Shown: piece after piece, positions 9,675 to 18,655 of the stretch
Position numbering within the stretch: the first letter of the stretch is position 1
Layout of the letters: each line of letters opens with the position of its first letter
NCBI GenBank assembly: GCA_964542145.1
Contig: CAZITK010000002.1
Location: 1-33,327, forward strand
Source: an uncultured Brevundimonas sp.
Lineage (GTDB): Bacteria; Pseudomonadota; Alphaproteobacteria; Caulobacterales; Caulobacteraceae
Length of the DNA stretch: 33,327 bases
Direction: 5' to 3'
Program-made: the position numbers and the translations under genes
The notes under the pieces: model-generated
The model's database searches: none
What the model was told of the DNA's origin: nothing
What the model saw: the letters and a program-made list of their open reading frames with translations, nothing else

Positions 9675-9701
9675 CGACTGCGAGGCGGCTATACCCGACG
9701 G

Positions 9702-12557
9702 GTGACGCACCCCGCCGACATCGCCACGCCCGCGCCGGTCGCCGCCGCCCGGCCCGCCGAGCCGCTGCCGCCTGCGCTCGCCGTGCCGCCGGGAGCGGGG
9801 GCGGTGTGCGACGACGAGGGGGCGCGCCGGATCGGGCGCGGGGCGGCTGAAGAGGTCTTCACCGGCGGTCCGGTCCTGGTCGCCCACGCCGGGCTGACCG
9901 CGCGGCGTCTGGGTCTAGCTCCGCCGCCACGAAGCCGTGCCCTGATGGATGTGCTGGAGCTGTGGGCTTTCGTGCGGCCCGCAAGCTTCTGCGCGCCGTC
10001 GCCCGCCGGTCTGGCGCTGGGGCTGGGGCTCGAGGAGCCGCGCGGGACCGAAGCCCAGGCGGTGGCCTTGCGCGATGCGGCGGCGGCCCTGCTCGGCGAA
10101 CTGGCCGATCCCGCCTATCCCGAGCGTGAGGCCGCCTTCTCACTGGCCGAGACCCTCGACCGCGCCGGCTGGGCCTGGGGGCCGCGCGCCACCGCCGCCT
10201 TGGCGTCCGGCCCTCTGCGAGAGCGGCGCCATCGCGGCTCGGGGCTCGACGTGTGGTCGCGGCTGGCGGAGTGGGAGGACGAGGCGCCGCGCGGCGAGGC
10301 GGGTTCGGCTCCGGTGGATTCCGAGAGCGCCCGCATCCGACTGGACAAGCTGCTTCAGGCCTCGGGCCTGGATGAGACCCGCCCGACCCAGTCCGACTAC
10401 GCCGCCGAGGTCGCCTTCGCCTTCTCGCCGCGCGATGAGGAAGGGCGGCCCCGCGTGTTATTGGCCGAGGCGGGCACTGGCACCGGCAAGACCCTTGGTT
10501 ATCTCGCTCCCGCCTCGGTCTGGGCCGAGCGGAACCGGGGGGCGGCGTGGGTCTCGACCTACACACGCGCCTTGCAGCGGCAGATCGACCGCGAGAGTCG
10601 CGCCCTGTGGCCCGACGAGGCCGAACGGCGGCGAAAGACCGTGGTCCGGAAAGGCCGTGAGAATTATCTCTGCCTGCTGAACCTGCAGGACATGGCGCAG
10701 TCGGCCCAGCTGGGCAACGGCGACCTCATCGGCGTGGCCCTGGCCGCCCGTTGGGCGCTGCACAGTCGCGACGGCGACATGACCGGCGGCGATTTCCCAG
10801 GCTGGCTGCCCGGCCTGTTCGCGGTCGGGGCCGGCGCCCAGGCGGGGGCGGCCAATCTGGTCGATCGACGTGGCGAGTGCGTCCACGCCGCCTGCCCCAA
10901 CTACCGCACCTGTTTCGTCGAAAAGACCATTCGGGCCAGCCGCCGGGCCGACTTGGTTGTCGCCAACCACGCCCTGGTCATGACCCAAGCCGCCTTCGAC
11001 GGCGCCCGGCGGGCGCGGGGCCAGGCCCCCGACGCCGAGACGGCCACCTTGAAGCGGGTGGTGTTCGACGAGGGCCACCACCTGTTCGACGCCGCCGACA
11101 GCGCCTTTTCCGCCGCCTTCTCGGGTCAGGAGACGGCCGAGCTGCGTCGCTGGATCCGGGGGCCGGAAGGGCGTGGGCGACGAGGTCGGGGCCTGGAACA
11201 GCGGTTGGGCGAACTGGTCGCCGACAGCGACAGCGCGCGTCAAGCCCTGTCGGACGCCATCCGTGCCGCCGTCGCGCTGCCCGGCGAAGGGTTATCGGGC
11301 CGCATCGCCCCGCCGTCGGGCGAGGTCAATCCGATCGGCCCGATCGAGGCCTTCTTCGCCGCCGCCCTGGAACAGCTCCGCGCCCGGACGAGCGAGAGCC
11401 GCCAGGGGCCGGAGTTCGGCATGGAATGCGCGCTGCAGCCCGCCATCGAGCCCCTGGTCGAGACCGCGCGGGGCGCGGCAACGGCTCTGGCCGCCGTCGA
11501 GGCGCCGCTGCTGGCCCTGGCGCGGCATCTGGAAGACATTCTCGACGACGATGCGGCCGAGCTGGACGCCTCGGCCCGCGCCCGGATCGAGGGGGCGCTC
11601 AGGGGCTTGGAACGCCGCGCCCGCATGACCCTGCCCGCCTGGCGCTCCATGCTTCAGGCGCTGGAGGAGGCGGGCGCGGAACCCGACCCTGATTTCGTCG
11701 ACTGGCTGTCCGCCGAGGTCGCCTTTGGCCGCATCCACGACGTCGCCCTGCGACGCCACTGGATCGATCCGACCGTCCCGCTGGAGGCCGCCGTCATCAT
11801 GCCGGCCCACGGCGTGCTGGTGACCTCGGCCACGCTCTCGGACCCCATGCAGGACGATCCCTTCGACCTGGCCCGGCTGCGAACCGGCTCGGCCCGGCTG
11901 ATCGAGCCGCCGCGCACCCTCAAGGTCGAGAGTCCCTTCGACTATGCGGCCAACAGCCGGGTCATCGTCGTCACCGACGTGGCCAAGGACGATCCGCGCC
12001 AGACGGCGGCGGCCATGCGCGAGCTGTTCCTGGCGGCGGGCGGCGGAAGCCTGGGCCTGTTCACCGCCATCCGCCGGCTGAAGGCGGTCTATGAGCGGCT
12101 GGGGCCGGAGCTCGCCCGCAACGGCCTGCCTCTCTACGCCCAGCACGTCGATCCGCTGGAGGTTGGCGCCCTGGTCGACATCTTCCGCGCCGAGGAAGAC
12201 AGCTGCCTGCTCGGCACCGACGCGGTCAGGGACGGGGTCGACGTGCCCGGCCGGTCCCTGCGCCTGCTGGCCTTCGACCGCGTGCCCTGGCCGCGCCCCG
12301 ATCTGCTGCACAAGGCGCGACGAGAGCGGTTCGGCGGTGCGCGCTATGACGACGCCCTGGCTCGCGCCCGCATCGCCCAGGCCTTCGGACGCCTGATCCG
12401 CCGCGCCGACGACAAGGGGGTATTCGTGATGCTGGACGCCGCCGCCCCGACCCGCCTGTTCGCCAGCCTGCCGGCGGGCTGCGAACTGCAGCGCATGAGC
12501 CTGGTGGAAGCCATCGAGCAGGTTCAGGCGTTCCTGAACCCCGTCCTGACCGTCTAA
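9702..12557 (+). CDS. ATP-dependent DNA helicase, DinG/YoaA family
   Basis: EAGTGTGKT, KGRENYLC and CVHAACPNYRTC (Fe-S cysteines), VVANHAL, FDEGHHL, TSATL, SPFDY, DGVDVPG, QAFGRLIR. Confidence 0.92.
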   Translation: MTHPADIATPAPVAAARPAEPLPPALAVPPGAGAVCDDEGARRIGRGAAEEVFTGGPVLVAHAGLTARRLGLAPPPRSRALMDVLELWAFVRPASFCAPSPAGLALGLGLEEPRGTEAQAVALRDAAAALLGELADPAYPEREAAFSLAETLDRAGWAWGPRATAALASGPLRERRHRGSGLDVWSRLAEWEDEAPRGEAGSAPVDSESARIRLDKLLQASGLDETRPTQSDYAAEVAFAFSPRDEEGRPRVLLAEAGTGTGKTLGYLAPASVWAERNRGAAWVSTYTRALQRQIDRESRALWPDEAERRRKTVVRKGRENYLCLLNLQDMAQSAQLGNGDLIGVALAARWALHSRDGDMTGGDFPGWLPGLFAVGAGAQAGAANLVDRRGECVHAACPNYRTCFVEKTIRASRRADLVVANHALVMTQAAFDGARRARGQAPDAETATLKRVVFDEGHHLFDAADSAFSAAFSGQETAELRRWIRGPEGRGRRGRGLEQRLGELVADSDSARQALSDAIRAAVALPGEGLSGRIAPPSGEVNPIGPIEAFFAAALEQLRARTSESRQGPEFGMECALQPAIEPLVETARGAATALAAVEAPLLALARHLEDILDDDAAELDASARARIEGALRGLERRARMTLPAWRSMLQALEEAGAEPDPDFVDWLSAEVAFGRIHDVALRRHWIDPTVPLEAAVIMPAHGVLVTSATLSDPMQDDPFDLARLRTGSARLIEPPRTLKVESPFDYAANSRVIVVTDVAKDDPRQTAAAMRELFLAAGGGSLGLFTAIRRLKAVYERLGPELARNGLPLYAQHVDPLEVGALVDIFRAEEDSCLLGTDAVRDGVDVPGRSLRLLAFDRVPWPRPDLLHKARRERFGGARYDDALARARIAQAFGRLIRRADDKGVFVMLDAAAPTRLFASLPAGCELQRMSLVEAIEQVQAFLNPVLTV

Positions 12558-12565
12558 GAGACCGT

Positions 12566-13636
12566 ATGGCCGACGCTTCCGTTCCGCATACTGATCGATC
12601 GTCCCCGCCACGCCGCTCGCCCATGGCGCTGATGTTCGGCGTGCTGGTCGTGGCTCTAGTGGGCTGGACGAGCTGGTGGTTCTGGCTGGTCAATCGCGTA
12701 GAGACCGAGATCGACGCTCGCGCCGTGGGCCTGCGCGACCAGGGCTGGACGGTGGAGTGGCGCGAGGACGGCGTCTCTGGCTGGCCCTTTCGCGCGCGGT
12801 TCCAGCTGCGTGACGTGACCCTGGCGGCGCCTGGCGGCCACGCTCTGACGACACCGCGCCTGGTGGCGACCGCCAACGCCTACGCTCCGACGCACTGGAT
12901 TTTGATGGCTGACAAAGGACTTGTCCTCAGGCGCGGCGACGACAAGGGCGAGGTGACCATAGGCGGCGGGGCGGCGCGCGCCAGCGTGCGCGGCCTAGGC
13001 GCCGCCATGCCGACCATCGCCCTGCAGCTGTCGGAACCGACGTTCACTCCGCACCCGGACGCCGAGCCCTTTCCGATCTCCGGGGCTGATCGTTTGGAAC
13101 TGCATCTGCGCCAGCATGGAGCCGATGGCGACCGGTCGACGACTGCGGGCCGTCAAATGGATATCTTCTTTCGCTTGGAAGGCGCGCGCGGCCGTCCCGA
13201 GGGCCCTATCGATCGCATGACCGAGGAAACTCGCCTGAGTCTGCTGATAGAGGCCATCATCGACCGGGCCGAGGCTTTGCGCGGCGTCGATATCCCTACG
13301 GCTCTTGCGGCCTGGAGCGCGGCCGGAGGGCGTTTCGAGACGGTCAAGGGAGAGGTTCGCGCCGGCGATGCGCAAGCCATGTTCACCAGCGAGAGCCTCA
13401 GCCTTTCTGATCAGGGTCGCATCCAGGGCCTGGTCGTTCTGGACGCCCGCAGGGCCGAGCCGGCTATTGCTGGTCTTGGCGGTGGCGGCCAGGAGCGTAG
13501 CGCTGTGTCGGGTGCGCCTCCCGTCGCCGCGCCGCCGTCAGACACGGCGCGACCGGTTCAACTGGAGCTGATCTTTCGCGACAACCAGGCCTATCTCGGC
13601 GCCTTTCCCGTCGCGCCGGCGCCGAAGTTGTTTTGA
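12566..13636 (+). CDS. DUF2125-like membrane-anchored protein
   Basis: N-terminal transmembrane segment ending WTSWWFW, then SGWPFR and a C-terminal YLGAFPVAPAPKLF typical of this family; usual neighbour of hisC in Alphaproteobacteria. Confidence 0.7.
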   Translation: MADASVPHTDRSSPPRRSPMALMFGVLVVALVGWTSWWFWLVNRVETEIDARAVGLRDQGWTVEWREDGVSGWPFRARFQLRDVTLAAPGGHALTTPRLVATANAYAPTHWILMADKGLVLRRGDDKGEVTIGGGAARASVRGLGAAMPTIALQLSEPTFTPHPDAEPFPISGADRLELHLRQHGADGDRSTTAGRQMDIFFRLEGARGRPEGPIDRMTEETRLSLLIEAIIDRAEALRGVDIPTALAAWSAAGGRFETVKGEVRAGDAQAMFTSESLSLSDQGRIQGLVVLDARRAEPAIAGLGGGGQERSAVSGAPPVAAPPSDTARPVQLELIFRDNQAYLGAFPVAPAPKLF

Positions 13637-14313
13637 TGCTGGTCGAGCCTGACCTAGACGCCGCACGCCTCGCTTTGGACGACGCCCTGGCGGCCGCGCT
13701 GACGGCGCGGATCGCCGCTCGGGTCATGGCCCCCGACGCAGAGGCCATCGCTCTGCGCAACCGGGTTCGGGCCGCGCAGGGACGACGCGAAGCGGAAGCG
13801 CTCAAAGCGCTCTGGGGGCGACTAAATGCGGCCTCGTGGCCCCGGCTGGTGGTCACTCCCGAGGCGGCGATTCTCGCCGCCGACCGCTTCGGAACCGATT
13901 TCGAAATAATCCCCGACGGTGAGGCGGCGCTGAAGGCGGCCGAAACCGGTCGTCCCGCGCTGATCAACCTGGGCAGACGCGCCTGGTGGGGACGCCTCCT
14001 GGCGCGGCCGATGATGCGGGTGATCGCCGCCCTGCCGGACGATCCATACGGTTCGCCGCGCGCTCTGCTGGTCTCGACCGAGGTATCCGGTCCCACCGGC
14101 GACGACCGCAGCTTCTGGGTCACCGACACGTCACAGAATGTCGGCGTGATCGAACAAGCCCTGGCGGCCCAGCATCTAACCGGGCGGATGATCGCTCACG
14201 GCGGCGGCTTGAAGCTGTTCAGCCTTGCGGGTTATGTCCAGGCTGAGGACGGGCGGCTCGCTGGGCTGCCCGGCGACCTGGCCGGCGTCATCGGCGCGGC
14301 CCCTATCTATTGA
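13636..14313 (+). CDS. Chorismate-mutase-like protein (AroQ domain appears degenerate)
   Basis: Directly upstream of hisC; vestigial L-x3-R-x2-LD...R N-terminal helix; C-terminal WWGRLL...IAALP...LAGYV resembling the extension of Caulobacter-type chorismate mutases; TGATG coupling with the upstream gene. Confidence 0.55.
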   Translation: MLVEPDLDAARLALDDALAAALTARIAARVMAPDAEAIALRNRVRAAQGRREAEALKALWGRLNAASWPRLVVTPEAAILAADRFGTDFEIIPDGEAALKAAETGRPALINLGRRAWWGRLLARPMMRVIAALPDDPYGSPRALLVSTEVSGPTGDDRSFWVTDTSQNVGVIEQALAAQHLTGRMIAHGGGLKLFSLAGYVQAEDGRLAGLPGDLAGVIGAAPIY

Positions 14314-14332
14314 ACCGCCGAAAGCCCCGCCC

Positions 14333-15436
14333 ATGACCGACGCCACACCCATGCCTCAACCTAAGCCCGGCATTCTGGACATCGCCCCCTATGTTGGTGG
14401 CAAATCCGCCATCGCCGGCGTCGCCGTGCCCATCAAGCTGTCCTCCAACGAGAACCCCCTGGGCGCGGGCGAAAGGGCGCGAACGGCCTACAACGCCGCG
14501 CTGAGAGACATCGCGCTGTATCCCGATGGCCGGGCGACCCGCCTGCGCAAGGCGGTGGCTGAGCATCATGGTCTGGAGCCCGATCGACTGATCTTCGGCA
14601 ATGGGTCCGACGAGGTCTTCGCGCTTCTGAACCAGACCTATCTCCAACCAGGAGATAACATCGTCACCGGCCAGTATGGCTTTCTAGCTTATCGCATCAG
14701 CGCGAAGGCCTGCTCGGCTTCGGTGAAGCTGGCGTCCGAACCGAACTTCAAGGCCTCCGTCGAGGACATCCTGGCTCAGGTCGACGACCGCACGCGCATC
14801 GTCTATCTGTCGAATCCCTCAAATCCGACTGGAACATTCCATACCGCCGAGGAGGTCCGGCGGCTTCACGCAGGGCTGCCTGCCTCTATTCTGCTGGTGA
14901 TCGATGAGGCCTATGCGGAATATGTGACCGAGCCCTCGTGGTCTTCGACGCTGGGTATGGCACGCGACGCGGTGAACCTGATTGTCACCCGGACCTTTTC
15001 CAAGATCCACGGCCTTGCGGGCCTCAGGATCGGTTTTGGCTATGCGCCGGGGGCGGTGGCCGAGGCTGTGGATCGCATCCGGCTGCCGTTCAATGTGTCC
15101 GTTCCAGGGCTGGAGGCTGCGATGGCCGCGCTCGGCGACGCCGCCCATGTCGAAGCCTCCCGCAGGCTGGTCGAGATGTGGCGCCCCCGACTGACGCAGG
15201 CGCTCCGCGGCTTCGGCTTCGAAGTTGTGCCCAGCGTCGGAAACTTCGTGTTGGTTCGCTTTCCCGATCCCGAACGCTCTGCGGCGGCGGCCAACGAACA
15301 CCTGAACGCGCGGGGGGTCATCGTTCGCCCGGTGGGCGGTTATGGCCTGGCCGACTGCCTGCGCGTCACCATTGGCACGGAAGATCAGAACCGCGCCGTG
15401 ATCGACGCTCTCAGCGAATTCGCGGCGGGCGGCTGA
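14333..15436 (+). CDS. hisC: Histidinol-phosphate aminotransferase
   Basis: KLSSNENPLG, YPD, GNGSDE, NPSNPTG, IDEAYAEY, RTFSKIHGLAGLRIG (PLP lysine), LRVTIGT. Start at ATG 14333. Confidence 0.95.
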   Translation: MTDATPMPQPKPGILDIAPYVGGKSAIAGVAVPIKLSSNENPLGAGERARTAYNAALRDIALYPDGRATRLRKAVAEHHGLEPDRLIFGNGSDEVFALLNQTYLQPGDNIVTGQYGFLAYRISAKACSASVKLASEPNFKASVEDILAQVDDRTRIVYLSNPSNPTGTFHTAEEVRRLHAGLPASILLVIDEAYAEYVTEPSWSSTLGMARDAVNLIVTRTFSKIHGLAGLRIGFGYAPGAVAEAVDRIRLPFNVSVPGLEAAMAALGDAAHVEASRRLVEMWRPRLTQALRGFGFEVVPSVGNFVLVRFPDPERSAAAANEHLNARGVIVRPVGGYGLADCLRVTIGTEDQNRAVIDALSEFAAGG

Positions 15437-15438
15437 GG

Positions 15439-15666
15439 TCAATCGCCTCGCAACCGGTCGGACGGGCCGCCGCTGATCCGGCAGGCGAAGTCGGTCTCCG
15501 GCCGCTCATGGGTTGCGTTGGGTACCGGCGTTAGGATGCCGCCCCGTGCCCGGCACTGCTCGGTAAGGCGTTCGACGCCCGCGCTGTAGGATTCCTGCGG
15601 CGGGCCCGAGCTTGCGCAGGCCCCAAGGGCCACGGCCGTTGCTGCGGCGCATATCAAAGCTCTCAT
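15439..15666 (-). CDS. Small lipoprotein, hypothetical
   Basis: Signal peptide with lipobox LGAC, GAGGAG RBS upstream, two further cysteines in the mature part. Confidence 0.8.
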   Translation of the reverse strand: MRALICAAATAVALGACASSGPPQESYSAGVERLTEQCRARGGILTPVPNATHERPETDFACRISGGPSDRLRGD

Positions 15667-15800
15667 CGCGTCATCTCCTCTGCATGATCAACCGGGCAAC
15701 CGCGATTGGGTTGCCAGACCCTTTCGTCGCAACCCTGCACAGCCTAAGGCGTAGGGAATAACAGCCGCCAACTCAATCGGCGGGACAGGGAGGAAGCAAC

Positions 15801-16526
15801 ATGGCGAAAACAGCCTTTGTGACGGGTGGAACGCGCGGCATCGGCAAGGCGATCGTGCAGCGATTGAAGGAGGACGGCCTGCAAGTAGCGGCTGGCTATT
15901 CTGGCAACGAGGCCGCCGCCAAGGCCACCGCCGACGGACTGGGCGTCATGGTGGTGAAGGGCAATGTGGGCTCGTTCGAAGACTGTCAGCGCGCCGTGGC
16001 GGAGGTCGAAGCCGCGTTGGGCCCGGTCGATATCCTGGTCAATAATGCGGGCATCACCCGTGACGGCTTCTTCCACAAGATGACGCCCGAACAGTGGTCC
16101 GACGTGATCCGCGTGAACATGGACTCGGTGTTCAATATGACGCGCCAGGTGATTGGCGGCATGCGCGACCGCGGCTTCGGTCGGATCGTCAATATCTCCT
16201 CGATCAACGGGCAGAAGGGTCAGATAGGCCAAACCAACTACTCGGCCGCCAAGGCCGGCATGATCGGCTTCACCAAGGCGCTAGCCCTGGAGAACGCGCG
16301 TAAGGGCGTGACCGTGAATTGTATCGCGCCTGGTTACATCGACACCGAGATGGTCGGCGCCATGGATCAGAACGTGCTCGATTCGATCGTGGCCCAAATC
16401 CCCGTGGGACGTCTTGGAAAGGGCGAGGAGATCGCCGACATGGTGTCCTGGCTGTCCGGTGAACGTGCCGGATATGTCACAGGGTGTACGCTGAGCCTGA
16501 ACGGAGGTCAGTATCTGGTCGGATGA
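15801..16526 (+). CDS. phbB: Acetoacetyl-CoA reductase (PHB synthesis; SDR family)
   Basis: TGGTRGIG, NNAGITRD, NISSINGQKGQIGQTNYSAAKAG, IAPGYIDTEMV; strong GGGAGG RBS. Confidence 0.92.
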   Translation: MAKTAFVTGGTRGIGKAIVQRLKEDGLQVAAGYSGNEAAAKATADGLGVMVVKGNVGSFEDCQRAVAEVEAALGPVDILVNNAGITRDGFFHKMTPEQWSDVIRVNMDSVFNMTRQVIGGMRDRGFGRIVNISSINGQKGQIGQTNYSAAKAGMIGFTKALALENARKGVTVNCIAPGYIDTEMVGAMDQNVLDSIVAQIPVGRLGKGEEIADMVSWLSGERAGYVTGCTLSLNGGQYLVG

Positions 16527-16566
16527 CCGGCGCTCCGCCCAAAATCCGCCGGGGTCGCCCGGCTTA

Positions 16567-17364
16567 GTGCCGCCCATGCGGGCGACGAGACGGCTTGGCG
16601 CGGACCTGACGCCGGGCGCGAGGGCGAGCGCCCTGGCGTTCGGGCTCGCCCTTGGCTTGGTCGGGGTGGCGTATCCGAGCCTTGCGCAGCAGGGGTCGAA
16701 CGCTCAGGCGGAGCAGAGCCGGTCCTTCGGCCAACGTGTCTTCAGCCGCGGTTTGCCGCCGGTAGCGCGATACGTCAGCGCATCGAACGAGATGTTCACG
16801 CTGGACATCACCGGTGCGCGCCCCCTGCTTCAGTTCGAGAATTCCGAGCGTATTTCATCGCTTAGGCCCCAGGCTGCGCCACGGGGCGACGTGGTCTATC
16901 GCGATGAATCAGGCGAGACCGTCCTGCGCATCAGCCGCGATGGAGGCCTTACCCTCTATACCGAGAATGCACCATCCGGATCGCCAGTCTTCTATTTTGG
17001 CGCGGCTGAGAGACTTCGCCCTCAGGGACTGACCCCCGCCCAGCTCAGCGTACACCTGACGCGCCAGAGTCGTGTGGCGGGACTGGCTCTGGAGCGAAAC
17101 GTCTTTTTCGTGGTGGCGAACAATGCGGGGTCGGAAATGGCCGTCGCCGACGCCGCTACTCTGGCGGCAAGCACTCTGGTGGCCATGTCCCGCTCGGCGT
17201 CCCGGGACGCGGCTCGCGCGGTCCGTCGAGTCGAAATCGTGGAAGGCGGTCGGCCGACCGCCGCGTTCGCCAACGGCGTGTTGCGTATGGTGGTGCGCGC
17301 CGATCGGGGTCCGGCGGGCCGTCCGTCGTCCGCGCGCATCCAGCAGGCGATCGAAGGGCGCTAG
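16567..17364 (+). CDS. Exported protein, DUF4908-like
   Basis: Hydrophobic signal ending SLA-Q; AAPRGDVVYRDESGETVLR...GGLTLY...GSP and GRPSSARI motifs. Start codon uncertain (16567 or 16576). Confidence 0.65.
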   Translation: MPPMRATRRLGADLTPGARASALAFGLALGLVGVAYPSLAQQGSNAQAEQSRSFGQRVFSRGLPPVARYVSASNEMFTLDITGARPLLQFENSERISSLRPQAAPRGDVVYRDESGETVLRISRDGGLTLYTENAPSGSPVFYFGAAERLRPQGLTPAQLSVHLTRQSRVAGLALERNVFFVVANNAGSEMAVADAATLAASTLVAMSRSASRDAARAVRRVEIVEGGRPTAAFANGVLRMVVRADRGPAGRPSSARIQQAIEGR

Positions 17365-18557
17365 CGTCCGGAACGCGACGTCAGGGCGGATGCGGGCGCC
17401 AGTTGGACGCCGCGCGCCTGCAATCCGGCCGTCCAGCGGGCTGCGGCTTCTACGGTGACCGGATAGCTGAAGCCCGCCCCCAGCGCCTGACCCTGGCTCT
17501 TGGCCGCCGCTTCCAGCGCATTCAGCTGGGCAACGATCGCCGCGGGCGTCTGGGTCTCATCGACGATCAGATGCGCGCTGGCTCGTGACCAGCCCCCGCC
17601 GCGGCGGCCGGCAGCGCCATCGTCTATGAAGGCTAGGCCGCGACGGCGGAGTTCTGCCCCGAAGGCGCTCATGGCCGGGTCCGAAGCGATAAAGCGATCG
17701 CCAAGGTAGTTGGTGACGCCGAAATAGCCCGTCGCGCGGCCCAGAAGCCAGTCGAGCTTCCGGCCGTTCTCCTGCCCGCTGGCCTGAGCCAGCAGAGTTT
17801 GCGGACCCGGATCATTGTCCGGATAGCCGGCGGGCTCCATAGGAATCTCCAGCAGCACCTCGTGACCGTGGGCGCGAGCCAGGTCGATCCAGCCCTGGAG
17901 GCCTTCTGCATAGGGCACGAAACTCAAGGTGACTTCGGCGGGGAGACGCTCAATGGCGGCGCGCGTCGTCACCGCGTTCATACCCAACCCGCCCACAACC
18001 AGAGCCACGCGAGGTTGTCCGTTGGGGCGATAGGGACGAGCATACGCCTGAGCGGCTGTTCGGCCGTCGGGTGCGATTACGGGCAGGATTCCATCGGGGC
18101 CGGGTTCGGCCAAGCCGGCGATGGGCGCGGCCGCGAGAGGTCCGGACGGCGCCAGACGCGGAGCGCTGAGGGCGATGCCGCCCGCCGCCCCGTGGTCGCC
18201 CGCAAGGCTGACTGCCCCGGAATCGATCGGCAGACCGGTGAGCGGGTCCAGGCCGCCGGTCAGATCCTGATAAAGGCCCAAGCCTTCGACCGTGAAAGCC
18301 TCCATGCCAGTGGGCGTGGGTGTGCGCGTGGCGACGGGTCGTGTCAGGGCCACGGTCTTGATGGGCGCACCGGCGCGCGGATCCCCCAATACCGTGATGA
18401 ACAGAGCCGCAGCGCCGATCAGCCCCAAGCCGGCCGCGGCGGCGGCCACGGGTGGGCGTTTCAGTTGCTGAAAGATCGGTCCAAGCCAAGGCTTTGTGCG
18501 AGGCGCGGGTGGCGCTCCGGCCGCAGCGGCGATGGCGGATTGTCTCTTGGCGAACAT
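17361..18557 (-). CDS. Divergent polysaccharide deacetylase family protein (YibQ-like)
   Basis: N-terminal transmembrane segment; VALVVGGLG, LPAEVTLSFVPY, GHEVLLEIPMEP, DPGPQTL, GVTNYLGDRF, RGLAFIDDG. Start taken at MFAKRQ. Confidence 0.88.
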   Translation of the reverse strand: MFAKRQSAIAAAAGAPPAPRTKPWLGPIFQQLKRPPVAAAAAGLGLIGAAALFITVLGDPRAGAPIKTVALTRPVATRTPTPTGMEAFTVEGLGLYQDLTGGLDPLTGLPIDSGAVSLAGDHGAAGGIALSAPRLAPSGPLAAAPIAGLAEPGPDGILPVIAPDGRTAAQAYARPYRPNGQPRVALVVGGLGMNAVTTRAAIERLPAEVTLSFVPYAEGLQGWIDLARAHGHEVLLEIPMEPAGYPDNDPGPQTLLAQASGQENGRKLDWLLGRATGYFGVTNYLGDRFIASDPAMSAFGAELRRRGLAFIDDGAAGRRGGGWSRASAHLIVDETQTPAAIVAQLNALEAAAKSQGQALGAGFSYPVTVEAAARWTAGLQARGVQLAPASALTSRSGR

Positions 18558-18655
18558 TCGTCGGAGCACGGTCTGAAACCACGGCGGAGCCGTCGCCTGC
18601 AAGGTGCCGGATGCGAGTTAAGAAACCCTAACAGTGGTTCACCATGATGGACGCG

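Noticed and set aside
11292-12611. 439-aa minus-strand ORF within the DinG gene
   Set aside because: Antisense shadow with no recognisable motifs.
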